IMG/VR virus record: IMGVR_UViG_3300044953_000168
Reading direction: 5' to 3' (one strand)
DNA length: 64,000 nucleotides
Source of the DNA: an uncultured virus (IMG/VR IMGVR_UViG_3300044953_000168)
Lineage: Duplodnaviria > Heunggongvirae > Uroviricota > Caudoviricetes
The notes under the pieces were generated by a model. That model did not search any database. It had not been told where the DNA came from and was given only the letters and a program-made list of their open reading frames with translations. Shown piece by piece: positions 18,501 through 26,800 of the stretch (within the stretch, counting starts at the first letter, position 1; each line of letters begins with the position of its first letter). Both the position numbers and the translations under genes were made by a program.

Positions 18501-18974
18501 GCGAGAAAGGGCGTCTTCAATCTGGTAAAACGCTTATTTGCTAAAAACGGACTACGAAATGTTGTAAAAAGAACAGCTAAGAGCGCTATAGGGATAGGAG
18601 GAAGAGCACTGTCTGCTGCTGGTGGTGTCTTCCAAAAGGGACACAGGCTAGACATCTTACGGTATATGATAAGGACCTTCGGCGGCCCGGGGTCCTCGTT
18701 GTTGTTGAATGAAACAATAGCATCTACACTTGAGTTTGGAAACGACTTCATGTGGAAGAATACAGTCATACAGGGGTTCGTAGAGGGCTCTAATCATGTA
18801 GAGCAGCTGCCTGTCGTACTCTCTCCTTTGATCTTTAACGGTAATGCATTCACCGCAGGACTTGAGAGTGACGATGCTATATGGGCAATAGGTGCCTTTG
18901 GAACTTACTACTCTATGAAAGAGTTCCAGGCTGGAGCATCTAGATACTTAGCCGATCTATTCGCAGGTAACTAA
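12567..18974 (+). CDS. Large baseplate hub-like / tail-associated protein (2135 aa)
   Basis: GRSVQIRMGY...IVFTGKITEIVPGDQLTIVCQG and YRGNLLLVG.HIKPYDRI...VESVTHHW resemble the N- and C-terminal barrels of gp27/gpD-type hub proteins. Lies upstream of the gp25-like and J-like genes. Confidence 0.6.
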   Translation: MLKNNTKLVIGPCVFTHQVQKIAVQERKAVDVLDTARSGINFIIDSGESDHRAQIRLLFTGLEEINVGINTLRGLIALFKCCPITTLKNSFLTDSWKKNEDLYNKQTYERIVSVLETADRLNKNIVETFVRFNGETLSARPSPLSINDSYLDVFDLTASVSEVVNKSKFNAQILNQLDTYVSSSKESISRLVVNNITKQLTDPTLADLISPISTLKYRRVYSDFVPVALESIELENVPDMPFSIQATLTIARIDVSAYSETDSLYYKMAGSPLQATENPEDAYWLKLWMGRMMGSGIIPEVTQEHFVESSIEWYGDSTLGVVESPHYLPPIKLAQDTHISNQDGILIAESTSLRNRFAYNKLIGQLYPSACHMGATARTLSLDIVFNNQRGGEGYRKFCIYKTTADTVSKSQERYDRVTGWKISTPISRLLGLGTNLKAPSGGVYVPLSVVVQTGDEPDMLNCRVDLVENNLEVVEQSEIVLTSGGTDYDSLRAFYDLSTTKEKVFRDKLVNNTESAIAELVGGSADNYKSYELFWPIEKGIIKLKTESAFGLLNLDTLRATLIQLDKGGALVSALMESALATGKRIANVRVGALTSLSQNISIALSSLSMANKENPEIAKIYNAVRNIVSSKLVGNGTDSSQNLSQEQIDEYSANLTNGLLGDRAGSILKSNSTTGWVISSLSSSNLPLHPEFLDALFTVIVERKPRRSDLPYIYSMDGVYSAFYKLIYAYTASESAKDEINISDILNTIKSENYNRDKNKTYPDLILPSYTELYGERWTKFAPTFDDLGIDTYGNNDLRKEPAVSPEDIVSPAAWFAIKRTKEELRSAASAAIKGVSDSSPAFSLSVPFNTQEIDRIKELIKTETKARLNSDKKAADAASEAISELIVGVAKRYKASNEQGFRQDLVNMRSSYTSYEDVLRSNKPVRLLIHHNGNYVLSRELNTSVYGAELFRVLGQEKKLENTEFGRIDPGAQYTSSIDNSVKFHRHMKSSNEACVQSSLTQVADDQFSPERMFPAIKVYLLDRRGSDVIADDTLFNVGSIISVDITMDKEDAPLAVIKLADPLYTLQDDYFDKLNVSRIKGTPGSDEESKQESRKVFGTLRDADQEGFIKRYKLVQGRSVQIRMGYSSMAYALPIVFTGKITEIVPGDQLTIVCQGWKAELISRQVNFTSDEPKNYGARDLAIQAITYASPEGFGDFYPEFDTQYILRNLNPDDVQSVISRSMSNREGVDLEGVGSRSTSEAAFNYFQTLLGFASRDKKNKGFDTRLKNIWYPDTEMYSNILGLRTFLNVMPEWMNCGWIVPLQPAWNVLKEASRHAWNCIVEVVPYDGEATIFMGHPDQPYFYTRGNNNLNKAYQRFKKTQDKHVNKAIDELLRKFYESKEYGELAAFPRFTNDGIIDNRLVVDYLKKTNKGLGEIDEELTAYKSLMTWLALGSRDKALRSPLPLSLLNQVKENGASDRLPILLFCHFFGIPESTLINGWATITVDLMSILGRDQTEVTPDLAIKLRDMVGAPEDNSTQGVKDLISDTIEWFNGRYRTSNLLTNFNKESLRDTLGRRIDTEIFPRSDYFLKPDEWYQQLATRRSLTYVLTTVATDMLDRLHQIETVVSSSRNVEDMRSYLLSRLAALKGSVEAVHKEMKKADLVNIQRETFFSFKDKLVTTIDALDSINQEIDKKRPPLPAGLNKLQVPLEKLGHIRPELVEKQLVYFKAFVYYFSLFLLNSQDPEVAKLASKGNLPESSLPPNMRVFRVHHFADDVHNIIQNNIVATTREMWNTVVIEHPAPGTADNDIENESQLYTEGTINSGASWVYWPAQEVTGVIGLQFHPGLVLANKKVQVFTEINCQNPDLAGKLAHERLAEGIKKMYRGNLLLVGKHIKPYDRIILADGYTKMSGPVEVESVTHHWNTSQGWVTNIIPCAVCDANPGSAALQTAAFETAFQRVYNIVEFVSDIWTYATIIATAGAATPLAVGKFSARKGVFNLVKRLFAKNGLRNVVKRTAKSAIGIGGRALSAAGGVFQKGHRLDILRYMIRTFGGPGSSLLLNETIASTLEFGNDFMWKNTVIQGFVEGSNHVEQLPVVLSPLIFNGNAFTAGLESDDAIWAIGAFGTYYSMKEFQAGASRYLADLFAGN

Positions 18975-19474
18975 TGAGCTTAAACAATAAACTTAGACAG
19001 GAAGCTAAAGTAGATTCTAGAAGATTTGCTAAGTCTATCACATGCAGGATTGTGCATGGACAGCTCTTGGTTTTTTGTATAGAAAACTCAATAGTACCAA
19101 AAGGCCTTATTCCATCTGTAGAGCTTGGACTAGACACAATTAACAGTAAACTATTGGGCATCCCTGTAAACCAATATAAAATGATAACAGATCTGTTTTC
19201 GGAGTATAGCGGTAATACTAAAGGTCAAAAAATTGATACTGAGTATATACAGGCACGGATTAGTAAGAAGGAGTATCTGGTTCAGACCATAAAGCAGGCG
19301 CTCGTGCTTATAAATATGAGCAGCATCAAGCCAGAGGGAAAGTCGGCAGGCCTACTTCCTAGTCTTTGGGACGTGCAAATAGATAGTATTGATATAAACC
19401 AATCAATAGAAGGAACGTATGTTCCTAGAGCAAGAATAGGTATTAAGCGAGAAAGAGGACTTAGCGACAAATGA
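18974..19474 (+). CDS. Hypothetical protein (166 aa), baseplate region
   Basis: Coupled ORF (TAATG in, ATGA out); no recognised motif. Confidence 0.6.
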   Translation: MSLNNKLRQEAKVDSRRFAKSITCRIVHGQLLVFCIENSIVPKGLIPSVELGLDTINSKLLGIPVNQYKMITDLFSEYSGNTKGQKIDTEYIQARISKKEYLVQTIKQALVLINMSSIKPEGKSAGLLPSLWDVQIDSIDINQSIEGTYVPRARIGIKRERGLSDK

Positions 19475-20103
19475 CACAACCCGATCCAGCAGACACTAAT
19501 GCCGTAGGTGGGGCCCACCCAGGAACCAAGTCTAGACAGGAGATGGCAGGTAATGTATCTTTTGATATAGATCCTACACGATCCCTAGGAGAAGTATCTA
19601 GCAGAATTTTGCGCGCCGCGGAGTTCCACACGAACGCTCTTGCCGACACGAATACTTCGCCTAAGTATGCTGTTGACCCTAATGTGTCTTATTACGGCGC
19701 AGGGGCCCTCAGCATTGTCCCTAGACTGGGAAAGCTGTTGATGTCCTCGAGCCTAAATGAGGCCAACCGAGGGGCATTTACGCTCGACCAATCAGACTCT
19801 AGCTTCTATTCTAGCATGGATAAGACTACACTAGGGTCCCTAAAAATTGATACTGTAGACGGCTACGAGCTTAATCCTGTTAGTCCTGTATTTCCTAGTA
19901 CAAATTTCAGCCCCACTAAACCGTGGATCAAAAAACTGTTTCCTACACTGTCCTCCTCTAACTTAGTTAGAATTGCTCTCTTAGAACTGGTAGGACTGGC
20001 CCTACTAAGACTGGCAGACAAAAAACCATCAGAAAATTTTGAGAGCAAACCAGACATAGACATGGCAACTATTATAGTCGACAATCAGAAAAGGAGTACG
20101 TAG
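19471..20103 (+). CDS. Hypothetical protein (210 aa) in the spike-gene position, with a hydrophobic C-terminal segment
   Basis: Coupled ORF ending in TAG that overlaps the GTG start of the next gene; LVRIALLELVGLALLRLA segment. Confidence 0.55.
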   Translation: MTQPDPADTNAVGGAHPGTKSRQEMAGNVSFDIDPTRSLGEVSSRILRAAEFHTNALADTNTSPKYAVDPNVSYYGAGALSIVPRLGKLLMSSSLNEANRGAFTLDQSDSSFYSSMDKTTLGSLKIDTVDGYELNPVSPVFPSTNFSPTKPWIKKLFPTLSSSNLVRIALLELVGLALLRLADKKPSENFESKPDIDMATIIVDNQKRST

Positions 20104-20546
20104 TGTCAGTTTATACATCCCAGGATATTCAAGTCGACATAGATGGAGATATAGAACTATCTACTAGAGGAGATCTAGAGCTTGCCTCTTCTCTGGATAC
20201 ATACAAGAATGCCGCCAATTTTCTGCTTAGGACAGACTTTGGCGATTACGCCCCGAACAAGTCAGTTGGATCTAATTTAGGTACCTTTATTGGAAAACGA
20301 AACACTAGTGAGAACCATGAATACATGGAACAGAATATCAAGCGCTGCTTGACCACTAGACTCTTTAGTGCCTCAGATGTAGATGTGACTGTGGTTCCGT
20401 TTGACATAAACGAAGCCCTAGGCGTAATAAATATAGGTGGATCTTATCTCATAGACGGTATACTTCAAACTGTTAATGGAGAAACTATAACATATAGTTT
20501 CCCATTTATAGAAGGTTCTTTTATCACACCCCTTACTGTTGATTAA
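20103..20546 (+). CDS. Baseplate wedge subunit, gp25/gpW-like (147 aa)
   Basis: GDLELAS...LLRTDFGDY.P..SVGSNLGTFIG pattern, size and position before baseplate J all fit gp25-like proteins. GTG start. Confidence 0.75.
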   Translation: MSVYTSQDIQVDIDGDIELSTRGDLELASSLDTYKNAANFLLRTDFGDYAPNKSVGSNLGTFIGKRNTSENHEYMEQNIKRCLTTRLFSASDVDVTVVPFDINEALGVINIGGSYLIDGILQTVNGETITYSFPFIEGSFITPLTVD

Positions 20547-21694
20547 TGGTCACCAAGAAAGCTTTCACAGACATGGTACAAGACGGTATTCAGTACTTAG
20601 TACGGAATACCGACATAACCTACTTTTCTGACGGATCAATAGCTAGGGCCCTGTTAGAAGCTACTAGTTTGGAAAATAGTAGACTTCAGGATTACGTGTC
20701 CGGAGCATTCCAAAATGCATTCTTAAGTTCCGCTACAGGTATTTATTTGGATATGTGGGGCGAGACTCTGGGTATTCCCAGAATAAAGGATCGCCGTACC
20801 ACAGCTCAAATTCAAGACGGAGCTGTAAGATTCTATGTTAATAATGGAACGCTGGGATCCAGACTTCCGCATCCCACAAATTCAGGCTTAGGACTTATTG
20901 CACGTGGTACTCTAGTGCAAAATTCTCTAGGCACCGTAGAATTTGTAGTAACGGAAGACGTTACATTTCCTGTAAATTCTAAGAATGTATTTGTACCAGT
21001 TAGTGCATCTGGTACAGGGACAGGATATAACGTTGGTGTGAATCAGCTGACTGCGCATAATCTTAATATATCAGAAGTAAGGGTGACGAATGACATTGCT
21101 CTCACTACTGGCAAAGATATTGAAGCAGATGAAGAATATAGATTCCGACTGACCCGAGCAATGACTACAAGGTTTGGTAGTAACCAAGCCGCTGTAGAAG
21201 TCGCCTCCATCATAAGTCCTGGTGTCTCTAGAGCAGAAATACTCCAATATGCGAGAGGCGCTGGGACTTTTGATGTGTTACTAGTTCCACAAGGCAATAG
21301 AGTTACTGCTGCTACTAAAGAGCAGACTAGAAGAGCCGTAGAACAAGTCGTAGCATACGGTATATCTTTCACCGTACGAGAGCCTGAGTATGTTCCAGTA
21401 AAGCTGACTATACAGCTGGTATATAACAACGGTACGACTGAAGCAGAAAAAGTAGCGTTAAGAGACGAAGTACAGTCTAGTATTCTTCGATATCTAGGCT
21501 CTATCCCGTTGGGCGGAGAGCTAATCATAAATCAGGTACGTGCGGTCAGCCTGCTCTCCCCGTCCGTAAAGGACATCAAGATTTTGGAAATGTTCATAAA
21601 CTGCAAGCCTAGAACATTAAGGAATGTTCAGCTGGCAGAAGATGAGCTATTTATTCCTGATCCAGAAGTTCCAGACCCCATTGAGGTAGTTTAA
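20546..21694 (+). CDS. Baseplate J-like wedge protein (382 aa)
   Basis: GSIARALLEA, SATGIYLDMWGETLGIPR, GTGYNV, GKDIEADEEYRFRL and RGAGTFDV are characteristic Baseplate_J motifs. Confidence 0.92.
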   Translation: MVTKKAFTDMVQDGIQYLVRNTDITYFSDGSIARALLEATSLENSRLQDYVSGAFQNAFLSSATGIYLDMWGETLGIPRIKDRRTTAQIQDGAVRFYVNNGTLGSRLPHPTNSGLGLIARGTLVQNSLGTVEFVVTEDVTFPVNSKNVFVPVSASGTGTGYNVGVNQLTAHNLNISEVRVTNDIALTTGKDIEADEEYRFRLTRAMTTRFGSNQAAVEVASIISPGVSRAEILQYARGAGTFDVLLVPQGNRVTAATKEQTRRAVEQVVAYGISFTVREPEYVPVKLTIQLVYNNGTTEAEKVALRDEVQSSILRYLGSIPLGGELIINQVRAVSLLSPSVKDIKILEMFINCKPRTLRNVQLAEDELFIPDPEVPDPIEVV

Positions 21695-22161
21695 TGTTTG
21701 TCTTCTATAAGCCAGAATACAGTCCTACGACACTTAGTGGGCAAGTAGGAGGCAACATAGGTACCACAGTTCTTAGTGGATATCTAGGAGAAGTATTTGC
21801 ATATGTAGATGCTCCTCCATCTGGAATAGATCCTGTTTTCCAATACAGAAAGCTATTTATTAAAAACACATACACAAGTACTATAGGATATACTAGAGTA
21901 TGGCTCGACGCCGTCGAGCATCCTGAACAGATTACTGTTGCTAATTCTTTATTCTATAACGACTACACGAGTGGCTCTACCTTCGCTCCTACAGGGGTAA
22001 GTGGATGGATATCTCCTTCTAACTTCCTGAGTGGGCTTGACTTGGGTACGCTACGACCAAATTCAACAACAGGATTCTGGATAAGGCAAACTCTATCCGG
22101 AATAGAGAGTGCTGATCCGTATGCTACGCTTCGGCTCTATGTCGGTGGAGTGCTACAATGA
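21694..22161 (+). CDS. Small phage structural protein (155 aa)
   Basis: Beta-rich; YRKLFIKNT...LGTLRPNSTTGFWIRQT pattern; coupled on both sides. Confidence 0.55.
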   Translation: MFVFYKPEYSPTTLSGQVGGNIGTTVLSGYLGEVFAYVDAPPSGIDPVFQYRKLFIKNTYTSTIGYTRVWLDAVEHPEQITVANSLFYNDYTSGSTFAPTGVSGWISPSNFLSGLDLGTLRPNSTTGFWIRQTLSGIESADPYATLRLYVGGVLQ

Positions 22162-23870
22162 CAGATTACAATTTATCGGTTGAACTCGACTATACCCAGA
22201 GAAAGGTACACGCGGTACTAACTGCGGCGGGCACAGGAGATGCCACTTATTCCGCTGGTGGTGTATTCAAAATCACCAACGGTAAGGGCACGGTTATAAA
22301 CTATGCCACATTAAGTAATCCTACAACTGCAGTAGGATCTAGAACTGAACTGACCTCTTCTCATGATTTTGGATTAGCTACAAACACTATGGGACTTGCT
22401 GGAGGGTACGATACATCCATAGTTAGGACAGATCTTACTGGGTTGTACGCCGCAGAACCATACAGTAACTGGGAATGGTCTAGGGATACCGGTAACCCTA
22501 ATCTGGTGATTCTAAGTCCTCTATCACGTAACATTGAAACTAGACTTACTGCTATTCAGGCTATGGTACTAGACAAGGGTACCAAGTCTTACATAAATAC
22601 CCCGATACTGGTAAGGGACGGGGACGCTGTCCTGCACGGATCTATTGCTACCGTAACAAACAAGAACCAAATCACACTTACTACAGGGAACAACGCTGCT
22701 TCCAACTACGGATCATATAACTATAATAACTGTATAGTCCAAGTACTAAGCGGCTCTGCTTCCGGTCAAACATTCTCTATAAGAAGCAACAACAGTACAA
22801 CACTCTACACAGACAGAGACTGTACTTCGATGAGTGGGCAAATCGTTAAGATAATGCCCTATCGGATAGTGACTACTTATTCTGGATGGAACTATAATCC
22901 AGCACCGAATCCTACTATAGGTACAAACAAGGGTAGCGGCGGGATCATCTCTAGATTCGGAGTAAACGAGAGCATACCAGCTAAGGTAGGAAGCCTTACT
23001 TACACGGGCGGCTACTACAGCGGCAATGCGTCGCTTGCTCATCCGCAAGCCGTGCTAGCTGGTAGCTCGATATACTCTACTCCTGGACTGTACTCAGGAA
23101 GTATAATCGCACTAAGAAATGACGTGTACAAGCGCCGTCCTAATGTTGGAGATCTTGTGTACTACAATCCATCTTCATCCCTGTCTGTAACGCATACAGG
23201 ACTGATCGTGGATGTAGGAACATATGCTAATGCTGCCCAAGGAGATTACTACATTGGGGCGTACACTCCAGACAGCGAGCCACACGCATATTCTTCATAT
23301 ACTATATACAGGACTAATCAGCTAGACATACAGACATTCCCAGAACTAAACTCAAACTACCTATGTACTGTTGAAGCGGCGCGACCGCCGTACGATCCTG
23401 TTACTATCGGAATACTGGATATGACAGGTATACCTGAAGCATCTACTACGATCCACACACCATCTCCTGTAGTAGAATTTGCTGCAAACGAGTATGAAAG
23501 TCAGTTCTCTCAGGTCACAGCTACTAGCAATTTCCATATTGGACCGGTACACCTGAGTAATGGTCAGATTCTTGATGACTCTATTACGATGTCCACAGGC
23601 AACTGTCCTCCATATCTCTTCTTCTCTGGAAGAGTGCTTAATGGAGATCCGGTATCCCTGACCACGGTGACGAGTCAGCAAGGGTTCTCTACTCAGAATC
23701 CTAACGTAGCCCATAGATTCAGTGGGACATATTATGGCTATGGTATAATGAACATTACTGCGTCTACAACCTTTAGTGCATCAGAGACGATACTATGTCA
23801 AACTAGAGTCAGGTATGGCTCCATCATTATCGACAGAACATACACCGTCCCCGTACAGCCTGCAATATGA
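22158..23870 (+). CDS. Tail/baseplate structural protein (570 aa)
   Basis: S/T/G/Y/N-rich beta-type composition; VQVLSGSASGQTFSIRSN small beta-barrel-like motif seen in tail fibre proteins. Confidence 0.5.
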   Translation: MTDYNLSVELDYTQRKVHAVLTAAGTGDATYSAGGVFKITNGKGTVINYATLSNPTTAVGSRTELTSSHDFGLATNTMGLAGGYDTSIVRTDLTGLYAAEPYSNWEWSRDTGNPNLVILSPLSRNIETRLTAIQAMVLDKGTKSYINTPILVRDGDAVLHGSIATVTNKNQITLTTGNNAASNYGSYNYNNCIVQVLSGSASGQTFSIRSNNSTTLYTDRDCTSMSGQIVKIMPYRIVTTYSGWNYNPAPNPTIGTNKGSGGIISRFGVNESIPAKVGSLTYTGGYYSGNASLAHPQAVLAGSSIYSTPGLYSGSIIALRNDVYKRRPNVGDLVYYNPSSSLSVTHTGLIVDVGTYANAAQGDYYIGAYTPDSEPHAYSSYTIYRTNQLDIQTFPELNSNYLCTVEAARPPYDPVTIGILDMTGIPEASTTIHTPSPVVEFAANEYESQFSQVTATSNFHIGPVHLSNGQILDDSITMSTGNCPPYLFFSGRVLNGDPVSLTTVTSQQGFSTQNPNVAHRFSGTYYGYGIMNITASTTFSASETILCQTRVRYGSIIIDRTYTVPVQPAI

Positions 23871-26800
23871 TAACTTCTAAACGCTCAGTAGGTGGTAGAA
23901 CTAAGCACTCCTTTATAAACAGTAAGGGAGTGCTGTCTGTTCCTGTGGATCCGTCTGCATACCAAACATGGGAGCTATCCAATGCCAATGTTATATTTAA
24001 GTTTATTGAGGATCCGCTTACTGGCGTTAGGCTAAAGTCCTGGGGGACCCGGGACGGGACGACTACAGAAAATCGTTCAAGAAGCCTGTGGGCAATAAAT
24101 ACTCTTATTAAGTACGAGATAGATTATACAACAGGTATAGTCACGAGTAGCCCAAGAACAGTCTACCCTTCCTTCTCGACGTTTCAAGGAGCTACGACTT
24201 CCACAAGTCCGGAAGGTAACCCTGTTGTGACTTTTACCTGGGACCAGGTTATCTATGACTATAAGCACAGAGATAAGACCTGTGAAGTGAATGTAATAGC
24301 CACCCTGCTGCAGGATACGGATACTCTTGATATCTCAATACAAATCAAACTAAACGGACTATTTAAAAGCTCAGATCTTCAGCCATTCAACTCTTCGGTT
24401 GTACACTGTATACAGTTTCCATCCGTAGTCGTCCAAAAAAGTAGCACAGAGGTAGACAATGACAATACTGTTCTTTCTGTTCCTGTAGCTTTTGGTTACA
24501 CATTCCATAATCCGTTTAAGTACCTTAGACACCCTAGGTTTAACTCAGAATCATTTCAGTATTCACAATCAGGAGAAAGATGCTTTAGCGCTGGATTCCT
24601 GGACAATATTGATGGTAGTTTAACTAGATATAATTACAGTAGCCCAGGCGGCCTCACTATGCCTGTTGTTATCCTTGGAAATAAGGATAATAAAGAAGGC
24701 ACACTTTACTATGCTTTAGACCAAGAAGGAACTAATCCAAAAGCATTCCAGTACTACTTTGATGACCAGAGCTTCCATCTGAAGATCGCCCATATGTCCG
24801 ATCACCAGCTAGATCCATATGGAGTAGGAGGGTACACCTCAGATAATGGTGATATCTATGCAAGAACTAACAATCCTACTTGGTCTTTTAGAATAAGGCC
24901 TTTCTCTTCTCGGAGCAGATGGGTCGATTGGTACGGGTACAAGCTATACAGAGAAGAGGCTGTCCCAGAGCAAATGGAATGGGGCTGGATGCCCGACAGC
25001 TTTTACAATAGGTACCGCAATAATGAGATCAGCAAGGCAGCCGCGGAGATACCTGCCGTACTAAATCTTTATGGCATTACTACAGGGACTGCCGATGCAT
25101 TTAGTCGTGCAGCCAATATATATGTTGACTTGTACAAGAACTCGGTAAGTCCCGCCCTTAGCGACAACGTAAGCCTGGTTGCGCACTATCAAACAATCAA
25201 CCTTGGTGCTCATCCCGTACGAGAGACCAACCCAGCAGATATATTTGCAACATATAATGGTTGGGAGCCTTGGGCAGCCCAGGGCACAGGTGTCGGGAAA
25301 GTAGGTCCACTAGTATACCGTTCTCCAGACTACACAGGACTCAATGCTAAGCATGCACCTGCTTTTGCAGAGATGCTTAGCAACCGAATTCTAGCTTACT
25401 CCTACTGTATCTTTCCTCCGCCCGTCTCTACTACATCTGAATGGGGCGTCCAGTACAGCGGCGTAGATATGGCTGGTAAGAGTATACCGCAGCAAGATTA
25501 TACCTTTACTGAAGCCGACTACTTAGAGTGGGCGTACTACGGTCCCACTCCAGGTCTCTATGGAATAGAATTTGCTCCTTGTCACAGTATCCAAGAACTA
25601 GAAAATAAGATGGTGTCCAACGCTGCTGACCTATCTAGGGCAGGCATGGGGATGTATCACGATACCGTAGGGCACTGGGGCCGAGGCTGCTATGCTAAGG
25701 GACACCGTCATCTTGATGACGAAGGTAGTGTAGTTACTACGACCCATCCTAGAGGAGCAGTCAGTAAGTACTTTAATGACAGGCAAAAACAAGCACTGAC
25801 TAGGATGCTTGTATCCGCCAAGCAAGCTCACGAGGATACCTGGGGTAACAGCACAGTTCCTAAAGGGGACTTGGTGATGCGGCAGGCAGCAGAACACATA
25901 TCTGATGTGGGACTTGGAGTAGTACCTGTAAGTCTTACTTACGAACCGCTCGGACCAATATATAATCTGTACTTAAATGACATACGTTCCCCTAGAGAAG
26001 ATGCAGTAGCTAATAGCTACGGCGACACTCCAGTAGATAATATCGATGATGCCACGCTAAGTGGATTAGTAAACTTTTACGGTATTACTCACTGGAAGAC
26101 ACTCATAGATAGTCCTAACTGGATACAGAGATGTCCTGGCTTCCAGATAGTGTACTCAGATAGATCTATACTAAATGAATGGTCAGCTGTGTACGGATCT
26201 AACGTGTACAATATTTTCTTTAAAAATGGAATATACTCTGGAATAGGTGCTTACGGCAAAGTAGTTACTACATTGAGTGGGGTAGATGATGTTTCTGCTA
26301 TGGCTTGGGCATCTTACGCGGTGCAGAGCTGGCCCTACACTAACAGAGTATCCTGCTGGCACTTGGACAAGCAGATAGAGCCAAGACGACCGGACTTCTC
26401 TGGCATAGAAAACAACGAGAACTTAATATTCTATTCCGGTGTGTGGAGTGGGTACACAGAAAATCTAGTAAAGAAGCTATTCAGGATCCAAGCATACAAT
26501 CCTGATTACATATATCACGGCACATTTGACCTACCTCTGCAGACGTGGTCTACAGATGTTAAGGCTGAGCCTATAAACAACACCCAGCTGCATAAACACA
26601 AGCCAACTAACACCAGAGATCCATACACCTATGTCCGAGGTAATGATACAGTACAGCACACCGTACGTCGCCACAGAGCAAAGGACAGTCTACTACTAGT
26701 TGCAGGAAACTGGTACAGTGGATCCACTTACTTTAGTGGAGTCTTCGATCCTGAGTACTACGGTATCACTACCAGCTACAAGGTATATGAGTTAGATGTT

